Part shown: one piece after another, positions 15,264 through 27,597 of the stretch
Layout of the letters: each line of letters starts with the position of its first letter
Position numbering within the stretch: position 1 is the stretch's first letter
Assembly: GCA_002269645.1 (NCBI GenBank)
Contig: NIVC01003239.1
Span: forward strand, 45,470 to 109,469
Direction: 5' to 3'
DNA from: Macrostomum lignano
Lineage: Eukaryota
DNA: 64,000 nucleotides
The notes under the pieces: model-generated
Seen by the model: only the letters and a program-made list of their open reading frames with translations
Databases searched by the model: none
What the model was told of the DNA's origin: nothing
Translations under genes and position numbers: made by a program

Positions 15264-17737
15264 CTAGTCCCTGGTCTTCTTGCCGGTGGAGCCGGCAGTC
15301 CTCAGGCGGCCCCTCAGCCGCTCGTTCTCCTCGCGCAGCGCCGCCACCTCCCGTTTGACGGCGACGAATTCGCGAAAATTCGCGTCGCCAGACTCGCGCG
15401 CCGTTGCCGCCTGCTGCTTTGGCGCCTGCGCCAGCGGCGCCGGCTGTTGTTGGCGCTTTGCGGCCAGCCGCAGCGCCTCAATTTCGGCCTCCAGTGCCCC
15501 GTTCTCCGCAGCCAGGCGCGATTCTTGGGCGCGTGCCTCTGCCAGCCGGCGCTCCGAGTCGGCCAGCCGGAGTTCCAGCCGCTCGGCTCGCTGGCGCAGC
15601 TCCTCCAGCTCGCGCTGGCAGTCCTCCAGCTGGCGCTGCCGCTCCGCCTCAGCCTGGCTGTCGGCGTCGCGGTCGCGCGCCAGCTGGTCGAGCCGAAGGC
15701 GCAGCTCGGCGCATTTCTGGCGCTCCGCGCTGAGCTCGTGTTGAGCGGCCTGTTTTTTGGGGCACAGTGGGTGTGCTATGGATTGCTTTGTTAAGCCTTT
15801 TAGCGCCACAGGACCTAGGTTCGAATCCGCGACCCTAGTGCTGGCGCCCCTGGTGCTGGCGCCCCTGGTGCTGGCGCCCCTGGTGCTGGCGCCCCTGGTG
15901 CTGGCGCCCCTGGTGCTGGCGCCCCTGGTGCTGGCGCCCCTGGTGCTGGCGCCCCTGGTGCTGGCGCCCCTGGTGCTGGCGCCCCTGGTGCTGGCGCCCC
16001 TGGTGCTGGCGCCCCTGGTGCTGGCGCCCCTGGTGCTGGCGCCCCTGGTGCTGGCGCCCCTGGTGCTGGCGCCCCTGGTGCTGGCGCCCCTGGTGCTGGC
16101 GCCCCTGGTGCTGGCGCCCCTGGTGCTGGCGCCCCTGGTGCTGGCGCCCCTGGTGCTGGCGCCCCTGGTGCTGACGCCCCTGGTGCTGACGCCCCTGGTG
16201 CTGGCGCCCCTGGTGCTAAAGCCCCTGGTGCTAAAGCCCCTGGTGCTAAAGCCCCTGGTGCTAAAGCCCCTGGTGCTAAAGCTCCTGCGGGTGCTAAAGC
16301 CCCTGGTGCTAAATCCCCTGGTGCTAAAGCTCCTGCAGGTGCTAAAGCCCCTGGTGCTAAATCCCCTGGTGCTAAAGCTCCTTCAGGTGCTAAAGCTCCT
16401 GGTGCTAAATCCCCTGGTGCTAAAGCTCCTGCAGGTGCTAAAGCCCCTGGTGCTAAAGCCCCTGGTGCTAAAGCTCCTGGTGCTAAATCCCCTGGTGCTA
16501 AATCCCCTGGTGCTAAATCCCCTGGTGCTTAAGCTCCTGCGGGTGCTAAAGCCCCTGGTGCTAAATCCCCTGGTGCTAAATCCCCTGGTGCTAAAGCTCC
16601 TGCAGGTGCTAAATCCCCTGGTGCTAAAGCTCCTGCAGGTGCTAAAGCCCTTGGTGCTAAATCCATAACAGGGTTAGAAAACACTCATTGGGGGAGTCAG
16701 GGCTCGAGTGTATCCGATTGAGTGTGCGCACTCAGGCGTCAGCGGAATAGGCCTGACTGCATGTGTACATGTGAAAATTAATTACAGACTGATTGATTTG
16801 CAGTCTCTCACCTCCTCCTCGCGTCGGCGCTCCTCTGCCGCCGTCAGCGACCGCCTGGCTGCGTCCCGCTCCTTGACTGCCGCAGCCACTGCCGCCTCCA
16901 GCGACGTCGCTCGCTCCGCCTCCGCTGTCAGCGCCTCGGCCTGTTGACCAACCCGAGCCTCCAGCTGGGCCGCCAGCTCGTCCCGGTCGCGCAACGCCAT
17001 CTGCAACTTGAGCAGCTCGGCCTGCTCCTGCTGCCTGGCCGAGTACCAGGTCCGCTCCGCCTCCGCCCGATCGTGCAGCAGCGCCGCCACCTCGCGCTCG
17101 TGCTGCTTGGCCAGTCGCTTGGCCACCTCGTCCACTCGCTGGTTGCACAGATCCTGTCGGGAGGGTTCGAGAGGACAGCTCAGAGTATGAGTAGGGAGTG
17201 GTGATGCCTGAGTGATGTTCGATTGCTGCCCAATCTAACCATCAGAAACCTCCTTGAAACAATGAGAACCCTCCGGACCCTGAGAACCGTCCGGACTCTG
17301 AGAACCCTCCGGACCCTGGGAACCCTCCGGACCCTGAGAACCTTCCAGACCCTGAGAACCCTCCGGACTCTGAGAACCCTTCAGACCCTGAGAACCCTCC
17401 AGACCCTGAGACCCCTTTGAGAACTTTAAAACCTTGAGACCTGCATTTTCACCTGCATTTCCTTAAGCCGCTGCTGCGTTTCGTCCTCCATCTGCTGGCT
17501 GCTTTTGTGCTGTGCGCCTCCGCCAGCCGCTTCTTCCGTCTTAGTCGCCGCCAGCAGCTGCTCTTCGAGTGTCTGCACCGCCGCCTTCAGCTCGCGATTC
17601 TGCCGCACAATCTCCTGAGCAAACTCCAGCGTCTCCAGGTGTCGCCTTGTCAGTCGCTCGTCGATGTCTGAGGCGGCGGCGGCCTCCGCTGCTGGTCTGC
17701 GACCGCCGCGCGCGTCCGTGTTGTAGCAGTTCTGCAT
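15264..17737 (-). CDS. Coiled-coil protein (~370 aa), family not recognised; possibly ciliary
   Basis: Phase-0 exons 17737-17453, 17153-16812 and 15749-15264 (stop) with canonical CAG/GT sites. Heptad-rich E/Q/R/L/A sequence. An acceptor (gacag) just before the ATG implies a further upstream exon. Confidence 0.8.
15833..16666. repeat. 15-bp minisatellite with a polar sequence gradient (intron)
   Basis: ctggcgcccctggtg (about 24 copies) changes to ctaaagcccctggtg and then to ctaaatccc/ctaaagctcc mixtures. Confidence 0.95.
17261..17440. repeat. 18-bp minisatellite (intron)
   Basis: Unit gaccctgagaaccctccg, about 9 copies. Confidence 0.9.
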
Positions 17738-18224
17738 CCTGTCAGGCCGCGACCGCCCCCGCCTGCCTCAACTTTCTCCCTTCTTTTCCTCCCTAATCCT
17801 TAGATGAGGGGATCAGCGGACTGGGGAGTTGCGAGGCGATTTGTCCGCCAAGTCTGTCTGCTGATCCGCTGGGCTCTCCTCCTTCCACTTGACTGGAGCG
17901 GCGAGACAAAAAAGCCCAGAGGAGACGCCGTCGGGGTGGAGAGTCAGACAGACAGACAGAGCCTGACATAAGGCGTGTCAGCCCCCACCCACCAACCACC
18001 GCAGGGAGACATTGTGTTTAGATGGACGCACAAGTATGCTTGCAGGGGTGGTCTCATGGAATTGAGCAAAACAGATGAAGCCAGAAGTCTAACCTGGAGT
18101 CTCTCAGGTGCGCAGCCTTATCTGCGTACACCGCTGTCTGGGGTAGCGGGGGGAGGAGGGTGAGGTGTGTAGCAGAGTAGAAGAAGAGAGTGAGAGAGTA
18201 CTGCGCCCCAGCGCGCATTGCACT

Positions 18225-18239
18225 GTTGCTATGAGCAAC
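18225..18239. promoter_or_regulatory. Candidate RFX X-box in a divergent promoter
   Basis: GTTGCT-ATG-AGCAAC, a perfect palindrome fitting GTNRCY(N0-3)RGYAAC, 151 bp upstream of the CCDC83 ATG. Confidence 0.6.
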
Positions 18240-18389
18240 CGGAGAGGGGAGGCGGCTGTTAGAAAGAGAGCGCCGACTTCATTCTCCAGTAGAGCAGTCT
18301 CAGATCGGTTTAAGCATTGTCTCAATAAAGTTTTTCCAGCTAAAATATCCCACTATTAGCTATAGCCGCATTTGCCAACGAGCTCAGCC

Positions 18390-21300
18390 ATGCCTAAAGG
18401 CAAAAAAGGCGGCGGCAAGAAGGGAAAGAAGGGCGGCAAAAAGTCCAAGAAGGCCAAGGAACCCGGCATGACGCCAGCTGAGGCCATCTGGGACTACAAG
18501 ATCAAGCTGCAGGAGCGGGAGCTGGAGGAGATCGCGTTTCAGGTGAGACCTGGCTTGTCTCCGGCAACTCCACTTGGTGCAGAGCACTAATCTAGTGACA
18601 GTGACTAGACACTAACCTAGTGACAGTGACTAGACACTAACCTAGTGACAGTGACTAGACACTAATCTAGTGACAGTGACTAGACACTAACCTAGTGACA
18701 GTGACTAGACACTAATCTAGTGACAGTGAGTAGACACTAACCTAGTGACAGTGACTAAACACTAACCTAGTGACAGTGACTAGACACTAACCTAGTGACA
18801 GTGACTAGACACTAATCTAGTGACAGTGACAAGACACTAATCTAGTGACAGTGACTAGACACTAATCTAGTGACAGTGACTAGCCACTAATCTAGTGACA
18901 GTGACTAGCCACTAATCTAGTGACAGTGACTTGCCACTAACCTAGTGACAGTGACTAGACACTAACCTAGTGACAGTGACTAGCCACTAATCTACTGACA
19001 GTGACTAGTATAGCCACTAATCTACTGACAGTGACTAGTATAGCCACTAATCTACTGACAGTGACTAGTATAGCCACTAATCTAGTGACAGTGACTAGTA
19101 TAGCCACTAATCTACTGACAGTGACTAGTATAGCCACTAATCTACTGACAGTGACTAGTATAGCCACTAATCTACTGACAGTGACTAGTATAGCCACTAA
19201 TCTAGTGACAGCGTACTCACATTAACAGTAATCAATCCCGCATTCAAAACGCAAAGGTAAAAGGCCAGCTGGAGATGAAGGAGCGGAACCAGGAACGGAA
19301 CAAGCGTCTGGCTGAGGAGCGCGAGGCGTACATGAATATGCTGCTGAAGCGGCTGCAAGAGCAGGAGAAAAAGGACTCGGAGCACTTTACTGACCGGCCC
19401 AAGGTGGTGGCGGCTATGCAAGAGAACTGGCGACTGGAGCAGCAGGTGATCAGTGGCCAGATTGTTAGCCAGATTATCACACATCATTAGCCAGATTATC
19501 ACACATCATTAGCCAGATTATCACACATCATTAGCCAGATTATCACACATCATTAGCCAGATTATCACACATCATCAGCCAGATTATCACACATCATTAG
19601 CCAGATTATCACCCATCATTAGCCAGACAATCAGGCTCAATTAGCCAGGCAACCAGGCTCAATTAGCCAGACAACCAGGCTCAATTAGCCAGACAACCGG
19701 CTCAATTAGCCAGACAACCAGGCTCAATTAGCCAGACAACCAGGCTCAATTAGCCAGACAACCAGGCTCAATTAGCCAGACAACCGGCTCAATCAGCCTC
19801 GCCCGGCTTTCCCAGGAGCGGGAGGAGATCCGCAGCCTCCGCCAGGAGATCGAGCAGACCATAGCGGACACGGCAGCCACCAGGTCCGAGATTGAAACCT
19901 GGCGAGAGTTTCGCGACCGCGGCCAGCTGGAGCAGCAGACCAGCATCCGGCTGCTGCGCCAGGAGGTGCGCGACATCGACGAGACGTTTAAGTCCATGTG
20001 CGAGTACTTGGACAGGAAGACACGGCAGGACCGGGACCGCATCCAGACCACCACTGACACGGCGCTGGAGGAACAGAAGAGTCGGGCCACGGATACTGCG
20101 GTGCAGCAGCTGGACAAGAATACTAAGCAGGTCAGATTAGCAATCCATTCTATTCCTTAATAATCCTTGTTGGTCAGATTAGCAATCCATTCTATTCCTT
20201 AATAATCCATGTTGGCTAGATTAGCAATCCATTCTATTCCTTAATAATCCATGTTGGCTAGATTAGCCATCCATTCTATTCCTTAATAATCCATGTTGGC
20301 TAGATTAGCCATCCATTCTATTCCTTAATAATTCATGTTGGCTAGATTAGCAATCCATTCTATTCCTTAATAATCCTTGTTGGCTAGATTAGCCATCCAT
20401 TCTATTCCTTAATAATCCTTGTTGGCTAGATTAGCCATCCATTCTATTCCTTAATAATCCATGTTGGCTAGATTAGCAATCCATTCTATTCCTTAATAAT
20501 CCATGTTGGCTAGATTAGCAATCCATTCTATTCCTTAATAATCCATGTTGGCTAGATTAGCAATCCATTCTATTCCTTAATAATCCATGTTGGCTAGATT
20601 AGCAATCCATTCTATTCCTTAATAATCCATGTTGGCTAGATTAGCAATCCATTCTATTCCTTAATAATCCATGTTGGCTAGATTAGCAATCCATTCTATT
20701 CCTTAATAATCCTTGTTGGCTAGATTAGCCATCCATTCTATTCCTTAATAATCCTTGTTGGCTAGATTAGCCATCCATTCTATTCCTTAATAATCCATGT
20801 TGGCTAGATTAGCAATCCATTCTATTCCTTAATAATCCATGTTGGCTAGATTAGCAATCCATTCTATTCCTTAATAATCCTTGTTGGCTAGATTAGCCAT
20901 CCATTCTATTCCTTAATAATCCATGTTGGCTAGATTAGCAATCCATTCTATTCCTTAATAATCCATGTTGGCTAGATTAGCAATCCATTCTATTCCTTAA
21001 TAATCCATGTTGGCTAGATTAGCAATCCACTTATCTGCTAAGTGTAAAGCTACACGGGCTAGAGCTGCAGTGAATTAAAAAATACTCGGAACCATCACTG
21101 ATGCGATCCGCTGAACTCCACCGCACTCGCTGACCCCCGCCCGTCGGCATCACCCAGGAGCTTGTGGACAACAGCTGGTTGAAAGAAGAGGCTGAGACCC
21201 ACCGGGCCGAGATGGAACGGGTGCTGGCCCAGGTGGAGGACCTGGAGCGTCGCAATCTGCGAATCATGGCCGACCTGTTTGAGTGCCGGGTCCAGGACCT

Positions 21301-22548
21301 GCGCTTCTCCAGGGACTTCTTCCTCACGCAGTTCCGGGATGGGGACAGCCTGGCTGAGCCGGGCCTGCTGGAGCTCGACCTGGACCAGGTGGGCAAAGCT
21401 CTGTGGGATTATTTGATGGGAATTCTGACAATGTGTCTATGAGGATCCTGGGGATGTTTCATGGGGATCATGGGGATGTTTTTTGAGGATCCTGGGGATG
21501 TTTCATGAGGATCCTGGGATGTTTCATGAGGATCCTGGGGATGTTTCATGAAGATCCTGGGGATGTTTCATGAGAATCCTGGGGATGTTTCATGAGAATC
21601 CTGGGGATGTTTCTATGAGGATCCTGGGGATTTGTCTATGAGGATCCTGCGGATGCGTCTATGGGAATCTCAGGGTGTGTCAAAGGTAATCTCAGGGTGT
21701 GTCAAAGGTAATCTCAGGGTGTGTCTATGGTAATCTCAGGGTGTGTCTATGGTAATCTCAGGATGTGTCTATGGTAATCTCAGGGTGTGTCTATTGTAAT
21801 CTCAGGGTGCGTCTATGGGAATCTCAGGGTGTGTCTATGGTAATCTCAGGATGTGTCTATGGTAATCTCAGGATGTGTCTATGGTAATCTCAGGGTGTGT
21901 CTATGGGAATCTCAGGGTGTGTCTATGGTAATCTCAGGGTGTGTCTATGGGAATCTCAGGGTGTGTCTATGGTAATCTCAGGGTGTGTCTATGGGAATCT
22001 CAGGGTGTGTCTCAGAGTGTGGAACGTTGCAGGATCTAGTTCGAGCTCAGCACCTCAGTACATCTCTCCCTCACATTTTTCCTCTCCCTTAGGTCCTGGC
22101 CTCCAAAGGCGCCATCGGCGGCGCCGGCGATTCAGAGGACGGCGCCTCGCGCCAGCCTCGAAGCGCCTCGGAGAAGGCTCTGGAGGACCGGTTCCTGGCG
22201 CTGACCACCCGTCTGCAGTCCGCCTCGGAGCGGGGCTCCGGCGTCGGCGACAGGGACGACGACGCAGCTGACAGCGACGCTGAGGACGACATCGAGGCAG
22301 GCGACGAGGAGCTCCGCCAGCTGCTACGCGAGCTGGGCGATGACGGCCGCTCGCTAGGAGAGCTGATGAATGTCGGACCGCTGGAGGTGAAGCTGCTGGG
22401 CGTGGCTGGCAGCGCGGTGCGGCTGCACACGCCCTACGTGCCAACTGCCGAGGAGCTGGAGGCCAAGCAGTGGAACCCCGATGTGTGGCCGGTGAACCGC
22501 CGTATGCTGCACAGCTACCGGGCTGGCGGCGGCGGTGACACCGGCTGA
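18390..22548 (+). CDS. CCDC83: Coiled-coil domain-containing protein 83
   Basis: Phase-0 exons 18390-18542, 19257-19445 (an acceptor at 19269 is also possible), 19816-20130, 21158-21388 and 22093-22548. EAIWDYKIKLQERELEEIAFQ, DNSWLKEEAETHR and NVGPLEVKLLGV match my recollection of vertebrate CCDC83 (EALLDYQ, ENDWLKKEVAIHR, NLGPLGVKLMSV). Confidence 0.82.
18585..19211. repeat. 25-bp array grading into a related 30-bp array (CCDC83 intron 1)
   Basis: actaacctagtgacagtgactagac units, then gtgactagtatagccactaatctactgaca units. Confidence 0.95.
19456..19795. repeat. Two adjacent 22-bp arrays sharing ttagccaga (CCDC83 intron 2)
   Basis: agccagattatcacacatcatt to about 19625, then aattagccagacaaccaggctc. 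Confidence 0.93.
20131..21029. repeat. 42-bp minisatellite (CCDC83 intron 3)
   Basis: Unit gattagcaatccattctattccttaataatccatgttggcta, about 21 copies, starting at the donor GT. Confidence 0.96.
21437..22015. repeat. Two adjacent 22-bp arrays (CCDC83 intron 4)
   Basis: atgaggatcctggggatgtttc to about 21660, then atggtaatctcagggtgtgtct. Confidence 0.92.
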
Positions 22549-23307
22549 ATGCCATGGACATGCGTGCACGGATGCACGAACTGGCAGATCATTCGAATTT
22601 TGCGCTGTAGGCTTGAGAGATAGGAACAGAAATTTCACCAGAAACTTTGCAATTGCTTTCCTGGTCTTCGGGTCAGCATGCCGTGAAAAAATAACATGAG
22701 AAACTTTTTAGAGCGACTCAGAAAAAGCAAATGCCTGCAGAATGAAAGCTTCCACATTTTGCCTCCAGTGAAATTCGCAAGATTTCGAGTGCAAAGTCCT
22801 GCTTTAGCTCGCCAGCTCGTAGTTTGTTTTACTTTTATGCTCCCAATTTACAGCAAGCATCACTGGGGGATTCTCAATTCAAATCCATGGATGATCAGAC
22901 AATATTTTAGTGCTATTGATATTGCATAGTATACGAGCGTATATATAGCGCTTTTTGTTTTAATGTGATTTGTACAAACATTTACGCTCCTACATGTACA
23001 TGCGTGCAAGGTTTATAAGAAAGTCGAGGATAAGCGCCTTGTACTTTAGGTTTCGACATTAACACGCGAATATTTTTTCCTATTTTATAATATTGAAATA
23101 TGCATGATTTGCATATGCTATGTCTAGCTTTTTAAGCCTGCGATTACACGCACAGATTGCTACTGTTAGTAGGATATTATTTGAAATAATATGAGCGTAA
23201 TTCTTTTTCAGTGAATCATCTCTAACCGGTTTGTTCACAATCCAAATGCATCCTGTTATAACGATTGCTTTACATGTAGCTTGCATCATACAGCCTTTCA
23301 CCAAGGA

Positions 23308-23690
23308 CCACTGTATAGTAAAACAGGACGTAAAACTTGTAGATCGTGTAATTTTTTAGGAGGCCGATTTCCTGCAAAAAATACACTGCGGAGATAGGAA
23401 AAATTAATTTTTTTATCACAGAATCAATAGAGGGTCAGTGAAGATTACCAATACTTTAATTTAGCGTGCACATGTTAACTCTGTTGTATTTTACATTTTA
23501 TATTTATATTTTAAAGTTAGTGAAAGTATTATTTTCATTAACATGTTGTGCATGCTAAATTGAAGGAATGGAAATCTTCACTCCCCAGATCTAACGCAAT
23601 GATTAATTTTGTGATGAAAAATAATTAATTATTCCTAACTTCGCAGTGTATTTTATTCAGGAGTTTTACGTCCTGCTATGTTAACAGTGG
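23308..23690. mobile_element. Putative MITE with CACTG-type termini
   Basis: ccactgtatagtaaaacaggacgtaaaact at the left versus agttttacgtcctgctatgttaacagtgg at the right (inverted, 14-bp perfect core). No TSD seen. Confidence 0.5.
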
Positions 23691-24104
23691 CCATTGCCTT
23701 TCACTTGCTCTTACTAATCCCGCGTAATCTGCATTCACTCAAAACACTGTCAATAAACCTGCTAGACTTTGGATTTGAACTCACCAGAGTCTTTTGCAAC
23801 ATAATATTGAAAATTAATGCATGAAGCAAAACTAGCGCTTTCTCATGAATTCGTTTTACCGTATGCCAAGCTAGTGACGTCACTACTGCAAATTAAGGGT
23901 CAGCTGTTCCCGAAAATCCTATCAGTAGATTTCGCGTGCAAGTTCAGCCAGCCGAAGGGATCGGGTGACGGGTACAGAAATGCAGACGAACTTTTTTAAA
24001 AGTACACAGCGGGTCCCGTGATTTCCCCAAAAATAGAGCCGATAGTCTGCACCGATCTATCCAGACAGTTATAAGAAAAATAAGCTACAGGGGTTGTAGC
24101 TGAT

Positions 24105-24364
24105 GGGGCTGTAGCCTGGTGGTTAGAGCGTCGGGGGTTCGATTCTCGGTCCCGCTAGAACAGTTTGTGTCATTTGAGCAAGACACTCTCAACTCTGCAT
24201 TGCTTCAGTTCACCCAGCTGTAAAATGGGTGCCAGCATTAGCTGGGGTAATTGAGGCTGTGTGTGGTGACCCCAGTGTCTTTAGACTAAACAGCAATAGC
24301 TGCGGCTGAGCTGTCCGGTTGCACATCTGCCCATTAGAGCAGTTGTAATCAATTATTATTATTA
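24105..24364 (+). mobile_element. tRNA-derived SINE (CORE-like central domain), copy 1
   Basis: A box (tagcctggtggttagagcg) and B box (ggttcgattc) with the spacer deleted. Body ttgagcaagacactc...cacccagctgtaaaatggg; (ATT)n tail. Nearly colinear with the copy at 44829. Confidence 0.85.
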
Positions 24365-25510
24365 CGAGTATTAATTAATAAAAAAACTAGTTTGCTCCTT
24401 TAATGAACAACTTGCTACGTCTAAACTTCTAAACTTCTAGATTTCAAATCCAGATTAATTACCATACAGTTAAGATTGCCTACTAAGCATACCTTTCCAG
24501 AGAAAATAATCAAGGACAAAACTTAAAAAAGCATATTTTAAGTGTTTTTAGTCAGTCACACAATGATTCGGATAATGATGATTATTATTATTATTAAGAA
24601 TAATAGTAAACAGTTTTAACTTTTTTGGGGGCGTTTAGTAGTATTTTATCAGCAAGAGGCGCTTGCAAAGCAAATATATCCGACTGTAAACACTTAGGCT
24701 AAGCTGCTACACACAGAGAGAAAGTTAGAGAGCTGTTCTATTGCAGCAGGTCTTGAGACAGCCAGGCGCTGCTGTGCTGTCACGTGCTATCTCGACTGCT
24801 TAGAACTTTGCCCTCCAGCTGGCCCCTCTCTCTCTCTCTCTCTAGACTTTTTTCAAGGAAATCTCCGGTAATTTTCCAATCTTAACCACAGTCCAAAGTT
24901 GAAAATATTATGTTTGCAACACAGAGCGCCAGGTAAAACTGAACTGAACCAAAGAAAAATAAGTTAGAGATAGATATAGATTGCAACGGCGAAGGAATAA
25001 GAATGAAAAAAAATATGATAGCTTAAAAATTAACCAGTCAGACACACAATATGCGAGCTTTTTTGTTCGAGTATTTTTTTTCAATTGATCAAACAGAATC
25101 GAAGCGAGTAGAGCTGGATAAACATTTGGGGACAGAGTTTATGGAATTAGATACGTATTTACACTCTTTTCAGGTGCAAATCTAACAGGAGTTACTAACT
25201 AGTAATGTGTTAAAAATAAACTGGTGCTGGGAGTCAGGCTGAAGCAAGTTAAAAATTAACTGATTTGAATAATAGGAGGGAAAATATTGATTATTGATGC
25301 GAGACAGAGTTTATTAAAGAAAAAAGACGAACAACACGACCTGCCCTCACTGAACAACTTTGCTTTTGCTTTGTTCTCAATTCTGCGTGCGCCCTGCCAA
25401 ACTGAGCGCCCCTAGAGAGCTGGGAGCTGACTGGAGCCAGGCAGACAGAGAGCAAACAGAATTGAAAACAATGCCCAAGCAATAATTGATTTTAAAACAC
25501 AACTGGTCAC

Positions 25511-26857
25511 TCAGTCCGCAATCTGATAAACCATGTAAGCGAAGTCGCCTGCCTCGATGCCCTGCCGCTCCTCCGGCCGGGGGTTGTAGCCGGCGAAGCC
25601 GAGGAAAAGAAGCGTCTTGAGCAGAGCGTCTGCAATTCCGGTTATATAGCTCTGGTGCTCAACTACTGTTAGAGGCTTAATCCGATCATTTAAGTGGTAG
25701 CTTAGAGATTAAGTAATCTTCTAATCCCTGTAGCATAGAGATCAGGTAATCTGCTAATCCTTGTAGCTTAGAGATTAAGTAATCTTCTAATCCTTGTAGC
25801 ATAGAGATTAGGTAATCTGCTAATCCTTGTAGCTTAGAGATTAAGTAATCTTCTAATCCTTGTAGCATAGAGATTAGGTAATCTGCTAATCCTTGTAGCT
25901 TAGAGATTAAGTAATCTTCTAATCCTTGTAGCTTAGAGATTAGGTAATCTGCTAATCCTTGTAGCTTAGAGATTAAGTAATCTTCTAATCCTTGTAGCTT
26001 AGAGATTAGGTAATCTGCTAATCATTGTAGCTTAGAGATTAAGTAATCTTCTAATCCTTGTAGCTTAGAGATTAGGTAATCTGCTAATCCTTGTAGCTTA
26101 GAGACTAAGTAATCTTCTAATCCTTGTAGCTTAGAGATTAGGTAATCTGCTAATCTTTGTGGCTTAGAGATTAGGTAATTTCCTAATCCTTGTAGCTTAG
26201 AGATTAGGTAATTTCCTAATCCTTGTAGCTTAGACATTAGGTAATCTGCTAATCTTTGTGGCTTATAGATTGATATATCTGCTAATCCCTGTAATTCAAA
26301 TATGACACATGCCAATCTCTGTGATAGCTTGGAAGCTCTGAATCCCGCTAATTTTCCAGCTTCGTACGAGTAGTTATTCGATTTTATGGTGTCTGAGAGC
26401 TGTTTGATGTTAGATTTGAAATGTGAAAACCGAAGCTGCATATAATAGATGCTGACTGACTCACCTTTATCCTGCCTTCGCCGACTTACACCCAGCAGCA
26501 CACGGTCGCACTGGAGCTCCTCTTCAGCAAACTCCAGCATGTCCGTCAGCTGCTGCTTCAGCCGCTCGCCCAGCTGGTCGCCCTCGGTGACGAACAGCGC
26601 CATTGTCTGGCGCTGGCCAGCACCGGGTAGCAACGTGTAAGCGAGTGGCTGACCGCCCACCCCGACCGCAAATCCAGATTGACGGCCGGCATAAGCAGAC
26701 GACTCTTGGCTAACATGGGTGACAGGGGGCTTGTCGAGTGCCCCCAGGCCGCTGCCCTCTGTCAACTGTGCGCTGACTGTGGCGGCCCGGGGAGCATCAA
26801 AAACCCTGCGAAGGCCCGGCAGGCGGACGGGAGCAAAAATCGCTCAGTTCACTATTC
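25511..26857 (-). CDS. OAZ: Ornithine decarboxylase antizyme, decoded by +1 ribosomal frameshift; first exon uncertain
   Basis: Exon 26857-26465 carries the ORF1 end (NSELSDFCSRPPAGPSQGF, TTT TGA at 26802-26797) and ORF2 in the +1 frame (DAPRAA...DMLEFAEEELQCDRVLL). Exon 25629-25511 encodes DALLKTLLFLGF...AYMVYQIAD*. Splice phases agree. Candidate AATAAA at 25315-25310. Confidence 0.93.
25700..26290. repeat. 33-bp minisatellite (antizyme last intron)
   Basis: Unit gcttagagattaggtaatctgctaatccttgta; two variants alternate in part of the array. Confidence 0.94.
26720..26802 (-). promoter_or_regulatory. Antizyme +1 frameshift site (UUU-UGA) with predicted 3' RNA pseudoknot
   Basis: Stem 1: 26795-26782 pairs with 26752-26740 (13 bp, 2 GU, 1 bulge). 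Stem 2: 26764-26754 pairs with 26730-26720 (10 of 11 bp). Pairings read by eye. Confidence 0.8.
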
Positions 26858-27189
26858 CTGCGGGTTGGATATTTGAGATGCACTATTTGTTATAACTTAT
26901 TAGATAATAAGTGCATTGGATTATACAGTCTACTAATAGTCTTATCTATGGCGTTTGAGAAAGTCCTTACAAAGGCAGTACCTAATGTACCTAATGTAAT
27001 AACTTTAAATTTAAAAACATTTCATTTTTGCGGATGCACTTAAGAAAATCATTTTTAGTATTGTGGATGGATAATTATCAAATATGCCTGCATTACAAAA
27101 TTCGATATTGGCAATCATATTTGACACTATCTTTTGGTTTTTTATTTTAGAAGCGTCAAATGAATGAAGCATAATGTCGAACATAAAGG

Positions 27190-27597
27190 ACTCATTGGGG
27201 AATTTGCTAAGATGTCTAGGCTTGGGTGGGGGAATTGCTGAGATGTCAAAGCTTATTGGATTGGGAGAGTTTTTAAGATGTTAAGGCTTGGGGGGGATTG
27301 CTAAGATGTCAAGGCTTTGTGGGAATTGCTGAGATGTCAAGGCTTGGGGGGATTGCTGAGATGTCAAGGCCTTTTGGGAATTGCTGAGATGTCAAGGCTT
27401 GGGGGGGGGATTGCTGAGATGTCAAGGCCTTTTGGGAATTGCTGAGATGGCAAGGCTTGGGGGGATTGCTGAGATGTCAAGGCCTTTTGGGAATTGCTGA
27501 GATGTCAAGGCTTGGGGGGGGGGATTGCTGAGATGGCAAGGCTTTGTGGGAATTGCTGAGATGGCAAGGCTTGGGGGGATTGCTAAGATGTCAAAGC
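27190..27597. repeat. ~30-bp minisatellite with variable G run
   Basis: Unit gggaattgctgagatgtcaaggctt(g)n, about 13 copies. Confidence 0.9.

Noticed and set aside
15757-16668. 303-aa (LVLAP)n ORF
   Set aside because: Translation of the 15-bp intronic array on the strand opposite the host gene.
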